Below the pieces are notes generated by a model that was given only the letters and a program-made list of their open reading frames with translations, was not told where the DNA came from and searched no databases. 40,824 bases of DNA. It comes from a virus (Duplodnaviria; Caudoviricetes). Location of the stretch: the IMG/VR virus record IMGVR_UViG_3300027855_000003, positions 1 through 40,824 of that record; one strand, written 5' to 3'. Below are positions 35,570-40,824 of the stretch, piece after piece. Each line of letters starts with the position of its first letter. Position 1 is the first letter of the stretch. A program made the position numbers and the translations under genes.

Positions 35570-36190
35570 ATGAACGCTCCTCTTGCACCTTCAACATTCG
35601 GTCTAAGCACTGACGGAGTAGTTGGTGGTCCTGGTCCTTTAGGTCCGCCCGGTCCTCAGGGTGTCGTTGGGCCAATTGGACCAGTAGGTCCTCCCGGTCC
35701 TTTAGGTCCGCAAGGCGTTGGTGGGCCACCAGGAACTCAAGGGCCACCTGGAACGCAGGGCCCACAAGGTTCTCAGGGAATACAGGGTCCCGTTGGTCCC
35801 CCAGGGGAGATTGGGACGCTTGTTGGTGATTTCAGCACTAACACTCCAAACAACTTGCCCCCGTCAGGTTTAATTCCAGCTAATTGGGATAGTACGGGCA
35901 ATCCACCCTCTCCTGTTCAGATGACTGATGGTCAAGGATTGATCTATACGGTTACTGGACATGTTTGGGTTTATGTTGGAACCACTGTTAATCCAGCAGG
36001 CTGGGTCGATGGGGGACTTATTCAGGGACCTCCCGGACCTCAAGGTATTCCTGGTTCTCAAGGACCACCAGGCGCTACGGGACCACAAGGCCCGTCGGGC
36101 ATTGGAATCTCAGATGCACCTCTGGACGGGGTGACGTACGGTCGGAACATGGGTGGATGGACTGGCGTAATCGATTGCGGAACTTACTGA
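35570..36190 (+). CDS. Collagen-like fibre/connector protein
   Basis: Two Gly-X-Y blocks around a VWVY...GWVDGG domain; ends [11 protein letters not shown]...IDCGTY. Confidence 0.8.
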   Translation: MNAPLAPSTFGLSTDGVVGGPGPLGPPGPQGVVGPIGPVGPPGPLGPQGVGGPPGTQGPPGTQGPQGSQGIQGPVGPPGEIGTLVGDFSTNTPNNLPPSGLIPANWDSTGNPPSPVQMTDGQGLIYTVTGHVWVYVGTTVNPAGWVDGGLIQGPPGPQGIPGSQGPPGATGPQGPSGIGISDAPLDGVTYGRNMGGWTGVIDCGTY

Positions 36191-36222
36191 CCCTACATAG
36201 GGTATGAAGGGGCTATATAGCC

Positions 36223-37914
36223 ATGCCAAATCAAGTCCAAGTCCTCAAGAGTTCAACTCCTGGAGTTCGTCCCGCAGGTCGATTACCGGGAGAGCTTTAT
36301 GTAAACTGGGCTGATAACCAGTTGGGAGTTATCAACGCTTCCAATGTCGCTACCGATCTGCTTGCGGTTCGGTTTTATTCTGTTCTGGCAAATTATGTTC
36401 CAGGTAACTATACCGTTTATCAAGGTGTTCTTTATTCCTGTATACTTGCTGCGAATCCAGGAGCATTCAATCCCGCAAACTGGGCACAGGTTGGTGGATC
36501 AGTTACCATTAGCGATACGCCACCCGCACTTCCCCAAAGCGGTCAGTTGTGGTTTGATAGTGTTGGTGGTCAACTTTATGTTTGGTATGTTGATCCCACT
36601 TCATCACAATGGGTGATAGCGGTCAGTTCTCCTGCTGGAATTCCTGATGCTCCGTCTGACGGTACGACTTATGCTCGTAACTCTGGAGCTTGGGTACATC
36701 TTGCTCACACCGATATTACTGATTGGACAACGGCTCTTGCCCCGTATGCCCTGATAACTTCTGTTCCACTTGCTTCATCCACAACCCCGCTTATGGATGG
36801 AACAGCAGCTATAGGTAATGCAACAACTTGGGCTAGAGCTAACCACGTCCATCCCACCGATACTTCGCGAGCGGCGGCATCAGCGTTAGGTAGTTATTTG
36901 CCTTTAGTGGGAGGAACAATAACCGGGTCACTTGGTGTAAATGGTAATTTATCAATACCGGGTGGCCAAATTGTAATGACTGCAGGTCCAGCTGGTGGAG
37001 TTAATCCAGTCCTATGGATGAGTGATGGCAGTACAAATCGAACGGTATTATATTTCCAAGTTTCAAGTGGACAAACTACACTCCAAGATCAATACAGTGG
37101 TGTAAATATTCAAATGGGTCCATCCAATGTGATGAACCTTAACGCCGCCAATGTTGATTTATCTGGAAGTATTAGTGTTCCTGGCAATGGAACTATATCT
37201 GGCACTTTGACTACTAGTTACATCACTGTCAATGGCACGCTTGGTGTTGCCTCTAATGCCAATGTTAATGGTGGTTTTACTTGTGCTGGAGTTATTGGAG
37301 TTGGCAGCGGTGGTGGGCAACTTTACTGGGACGGTGGAAGTTATTGCTATCACACCTGCCCTCCTTATAGTTCCAACATAGGTGTTGGTGCCAATATTAG
37401 CCTTAGTCCCCAAAGTGGGGCTAATATGCTTCTTCAAGTTGGACATGGTTATCAAGCAGGGGGCGGTTCATGGGTTGCACTGTCCGATGAGCGCATTAAA
37501 ACGGTTGATAGTGATTACACGATTGGACTTGAAGAAGTTCTTCAACTTCGACCAGTGAATTACACCTATAAGGGTAACGATACGCCAACTGCGGATAAGA
37601 GCGCGCTTCGAGTTGAGGATATCGATCCAGAAAATCCCAATGCGCCGATCCCTGCAGACAAGCTAGTGACAGAAGCGCCTTATCCAACCTCAATGCATTA
37701 TCATTATGCCAAAGAGAAACGACCTTTTGTTGGTTTAGTCGCACAGGAAGTTGAGAAAGTCTTTCCTGGAATGGTTCGAGAGAAAGATGGTTTTATTGAT
37801 GGTGAAGCAGTCACCGATATGCGTCATTTGGATACAACTCCATTAATCTTCGCCCTTATTAATTCGGTTAAAACGTTAACGGCGCGTATTACCCAGTTGG
37901 AGGCAGCGCGATGA
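36223..37914 (+). CDS. Tail fibre with C-terminal intramolecular chaperone (peptidase S74-like)
   Basis: SDERIK...LRPV.Y.YK...GLVAQEVEKVFP...coiled coil; N-terminal GELYVN.AD..L domain. Confidence 0.88.
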   Translation: MPNQVQVLKSSTPGVRPAGRLPGELYVNWADNQLGVINASNVATDLLAVRFYSVLANYVPGNYTVYQGVLYSCILAANPGAFNPANWAQVGGSVTISDTPPALPQSGQLWFDSVGGQLYVWYVDPTSSQWVIAVSSPAGIPDAPSDGTTYARNSGAWVHLAHTDITDWTTALAPYALITSVPLASSTTPLMDGTAAIGNATTWARANHVHPTDTSRAAASALGSYLPLVGGTITGSLGVNGNLSIPGGQIVMTAGPAGGVNPVLWMSDGSTNRTVLYFQVSSGQTTLQDQYSGVNIQMGPSNVMNLNAANVDLSGSISVPGNGTISGTLTTSYITVNGTLGVASNANVNGGFTCAGVIGVGSGGGQLYWDGGSYCYHTCPPYSSNIGVGANISLSPQSGANMLLQVGHGYQAGGGSWVALSDERIKTVDSDYTIGLEEVLQLRPVNYTYKGNDTPTADKSALRVEDIDPENPNAPIPADKLVTEAPYPTSMHYHYAKEKRPFVGLVAQEVEKVFPGMVREKDGFIDGEAVTDMRHLDTTPLIFALINSVKTLTARITQLEAAR

Positions 37915-39269
37915 TTGACTTTCCTCCTAACCCAACTACCGGCCAAATCTTCTCTGCTGCAGGTGCTACATGGAAGTGGGACGGTACGAAATGGATATAT
38001 GGTGGTAGCAGTGGTAGTGGTGGCGCTTCGATAACGGTCAGCGACACTCCCCCAGTTAACCCCACGCAAGGGGCTTTATGGTGGAATAGTGCTCAGGGTC
38101 AACTTTATCTTTGGTATGTTGATCCCAACACAGCACAATGGGTTGCTGTCACGAACCAGATGGGGGGAGCTTATTTGCCCCTGACTGGTGGAATAATGTC
38201 AGGGCCAATGTCCCTGTCTGCTGATCCTACATTAGCATTGCAACCTGTTACCTTACAATATTTCAACAAATATCCAATGATTGGAGATAACCGCCTCATT
38301 AATGGATCTATGAGTGTTGACCAACGCAATAACGGTGGATCAGTAGCACTCGGACCTAGTGTTAATTATGTTATTGATAGATGGAATACTTGGTCTTCAA
38401 CAGCAGGTAAGGCTACAGCGGGACGTGCGCTTAGTGCTGCATCCGATTTGGCAGCAACTGGTTTTGGGTATTGTTTTAGATATACTTCCCTAGCAGCTTA
38501 CACGATTCCAGCTACCGAAACTTATGGTTTTGGTCAACCCATCGAAGCTGACTTAATTTCCGATTTTGCTTTCGGCACACCAGGAGCAAAGCCAGTTACT
38601 CTATCTTTCTGGGTTTATTCAAATCCTGTAGTTGGTACATTTAGTGGTGTGATACAGAGCTATGCCACGCCATATCGTTCTTATCCATTTACTTTTTCAG
38701 TCCCAGTTGCACAAACATGGACAAAGATCAGTGTCACTATTCCAGGAGATACTGGTGGTTCAGCAGTGTGGCCAGTAAATGGTACTGCTGGTGCCATGTA
38801 TGTTATCTTTGATATGGGTTCTGGAACAAGTCAGCGTGGTCCTGCAGGTGCATGGGCTAGTGCGACTTACAACGGTGCAACTGGAGCGGCCACTGTATTC
38901 TCAGCTCCAAATAATTTATTTATTACCGGCGTCAAGTTGGAAGTTGGCAATGTAGCCACTCCATTTAATCAACAAACTTTGTCCAAGATTATGTCAGATT
39001 GCCAACGATATTACACATCCATAAGCCAAGCTTTGATAGCTTATTTAACTACAGGTCCGGCTGGATCTGTTCTAGGTAATTCAATGTTTTTTCCTACCCG
39101 TATGCGCGCTGTTCCAACAGTCGGACTTGGAGCACCTGCTTATACTAATGCCTCTGCACTTACTGTGAATGCCGCTATGCAGGATAGCATTCGGTTATCA
39201 ATGAACGTCACGGCAGCAGGTAATGCATGGGCTGCCGCAATTCCGCTTCAACTCAATGCGGAGCTTTAA
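37911..39269 (+). CDS. Tail fibre/receptor-binding protein (paralog 1)
   Basis: MIDFP.NP N-terminus; NRLING.M.VDQR...DRW...GVKLE.G.VATPF...CQRYY...MRA.PT...AEL. Confidence 0.8.
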   Translation: MIDFPPNPTTGQIFSAAGATWKWDGTKWIYGGSSGSGGASITVSDTPPVNPTQGALWWNSAQGQLYLWYVDPNTAQWVAVTNQMGGAYLPLTGGIMSGPMSLSADPTLALQPVTLQYFNKYPMIGDNRLINGSMSVDQRNNGGSVALGPSVNYVIDRWNTWSSTAGKATAGRALSAASDLAATGFGYCFRYTSLAAYTIPATETYGFGQPIEADLISDFAFGTPGAKPVTLSFWVYSNPVVGTFSGVIQSYATPYRSYPFTFSVPVAQTWTKISVTIPGDTGGSAVWPVNGTAGAMYVIFDMGSGTSQRGPAGAWASATYNGATGAATVFSAPNNLFITGVKLEVGNVATPFNQQTLSKIMSDCQRYYTSISQALIAYLTTGPAGSVLGNSMFFPTRMRAVPTVGLGAPAYTNASALTVNAAMQDSIRLSMNVTAAGNAWAAAIPLQLNAEL

Positions 39270-39272
39270 GCT

Positions 39273-40460
39273 ATGATTGACTTCCCCGCTAATCCAACTA
39301 CCAACCAAATCTTCACCGCTGGGGGAGTGCAATGGCTTTGGGACGGGACTAAATGGGTCGCCAATGGTGTGGGTTCTGGCTATGTGCCCCTGAGCGGCGG
39401 TACAATGACAGGACCGCTGATCCTAAATGCTGATCCCACAGTTGCGCTAGGGGCGGCAACGAAGCAACAGGTTGATGCCCGTCAACCCAATTTTAATCGC
39501 CTAATTAATGGTGACATGCGAATTGACCAAAGAAATGCTGGCGCTGCTGTAACCCCTACTACAGGGACAGTGACTTATATTATAGACCGTTGGGCTTATA
39601 ATTCAACTCAGGGCAGTAAATTTACCATTGGTCGTAATGGTGGTGGTCAAGGAATAGTTGGTCCTGCCGACTTTCCTTATAGTCTTGGTGCTCTGTCAGA
39701 TTCGGCTTATGTAGCGTTGGCTAGTGATGTTTTTCAACTCTTCCAAGCCATTGAAGCCGATATGGTATCTGATTTTGATTGGGGTACTCCTAATGCTAAG
39801 GCTGTAACCTTATCATTTTGGGTTAATTCCACTATAGCAGGAACATTTAGTGGTTGCATAATTAATTATGCCAGTAATCGATCTTTTCCGTTTTCTTATA
39901 GTATTCCAACAGCAAACACATGGATAAAGATCACAGTTCCTATTTTTGGTGATCCTAATGGCACTTGGGTAATGTATGGCAATGGTGGATCATTGTATGT
40001 TCGATTTGATCTTGGTTCTGGAGCAACTTATCGCACTACAGCTGGAGCATGGGTAAATGGTAATTATACAGGTGTGACTGGCACCGGTAGTTGGGTTAGT
40101 ACCAATGGTGCAGGTGTTTATATTACCGGTGTAAAATTGGAGACTGGTTCTGTTGCTTCACCATTTGACCGGCAATCATTGGCCAAGAGCATGGCTGATT
40201 GCCAACGGTACTATCAGGTTCTTCTTAGTATGTTATTTGGCTCATGGCAAGCTGCGAGTACGGCTTTTTATAGTGGATATTCTTATAATACTGTAATGCG
40301 AGCAGCGCCAACTGGCGTTTTTTCTAATTTTGGCTATGCAAACGCATCAGCATTGGGGGCCAATGCCGCTACGACAAATATTGTCCAATTAACTGCAATT
40401 GCAACAGCCGCTGGATATGCATGGGCTAGTGGAAACGTTGCACTAAGCGCGGAGCTATGA
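39273..40460 (+). CDS. Tail fibre/receptor-binding protein (paralog 2)
   Basis: Same architecture as 37911 but lacking the SDTPP module. Confidence 0.8.
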   Translation: MIDFPANPTTNQIFTAGGVQWLWDGTKWVANGVGSGYVPLSGGTMTGPLILNADPTVALGAATKQQVDARQPNFNRLINGDMRIDQRNAGAAVTPTTGTVTYIIDRWAYNSTQGSKFTIGRNGGGQGIVGPADFPYSLGALSDSAYVALASDVFQLFQAIEADMVSDFDWGTPNAKAVTLSFWVNSTIAGTFSGCIINYASNRSFPFSYSIPTANTWIKITVPIFGDPNGTWVMYGNGGSLYVRFDLGSGATYRTTAGAWVNGNYTGVTGTGSWVSTNGAGVYITGVKLETGSVASPFDRQSLAKSMADCQRYYQVLLSMLFGSWQAASTAFYSGYSYNTVMRAAPTGVFSNFGYANASALGANAATTNIVQLTAIATAAGYAWASGNVALSAEL

Positions 40461-40463
40461 AAC

Positions 40464-40652
40464 ATGACCTACACACAAGTTTGGGATTCCGTAAACAACA
40501 AGCCCCACGAAAGTATGATCCAACGTGACGAGGATCAAGCGTTCATTCCCTTTGATCCTGCAAATATGGATTATCAAGCCTACCTCAAATGGCTTGATGA
40601 GGGTAATCAACCCGCCGCTGCCAAGCAGCCTGCGTCTACCAGGGAGGAGTAA
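40464..40652 (+). CDS. Small fibre-associated chaperone-like protein
   Basis: IPFDPAN.DYQ.YL.WL..GN.P motif commonly following such fibre genes. Confidence 0.7.
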   Translation: MTYTQVWDSVNNKPHESMIQRDEDQAFIPFDPANMDYQAYLKWLDEGNQPAAAKQPASTREE

Positions 40653-40653
40653 T

Positions 40654-40824
40654 ATGACCGAACTTACACCCCATTTCACATTGGAAGAATTCACCGATAG
40701 CCAGACGGCGGCACGTAAGGGCATCCCTAACGTGCCCCCAATCGGCAGTCCAGAGCGTGCGAACCTCATGCGCACTGCTGAGGTGATGGAGCAAGTTCGC
40801 ACCATACTTGGCGATAAGCCCATA
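40654..40824 (+). CDS. Peptidase M15-family endolysin, partial (runs off window; not in ORF track)
   Basis: GGAGGAG RBS; MTELTPHFTLEEFTDSQTAARKGIPNVP...NL...AEVMEQVRTILGDKPI. Confidence 0.8.
   Translation, partial: MTELTPHFTLEEFTDSQTAARKGIPNVPPIGSPERANLMRTAEVMEQVRTILGDKPI

Larger units (their letters stand above)
1..40824. mobile_element. Tailed dsDNA phage (myovirus-type) genome segment
   Basis: Continuous terminase-portal-capsid-sheath-tube-tape measure-baseplate-fibre-endolysin order on +; small early-type genes on -; no host housekeeping genes. Confidence 0.97.

Noticed and set aside
37911-40460. Diversity-generating retroelement target/template pair
   Set aside because: No reverse transcriptase in the window; differences are not adenine-specific; similarity is ordinary paralogy

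Overview
This is a large part of a tailed dsDNA phage genome with a contractile (myovirus-type) tail, split into two divergent arms around ~9470-9615. The left arm (minus strand, 1-9469) holds early/accessory genes: an SNF2-type helicase, an XRE HTH regulator, a PD-(D/E)xK nuclease, two paralogous RGYP[VI]PW Cys/His proteins, a self-contained PEP-CTERM surface-protein gene and many small Cys-rich or membrane ORFs. At least five sigma70-like promoters drive this arm. The right arm (plus strand, 9616-end) is the morphogenesis operon: small and large terminase, five inserted accessory genes (LuxR HTH, DUF3309-like, two Ig-like, one acidic), portal, a Nudix-protease-scaffold fusion, decoration protein, major capsid, neck, sheath, tube, chaperone, tape measure with lysozyme, baseplate, a modular multi-fibre adsorption region and the start of an M15-type endolysin. 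No integrase, polymerase, tRNA or CRISPR array is seen. An alphaproteobacterial host is inferred from the PEPxxWA-CTERM tail and other family signatures. The most unusual signals are: (i) the PEP-CTERM moron with its own palindrome-covered promoter, followed by a three-hairpin RNA that could mask the next RBS; (ii) twin hairpins with CCUCC anti-Shine-Dalgarno loops right after the capsid gene; (iii) an intact Nudix hydrolase inside the head maturation protein; (iv) one small domain inserted into several tail proteins. All family names come from motif recognition, not database searches.
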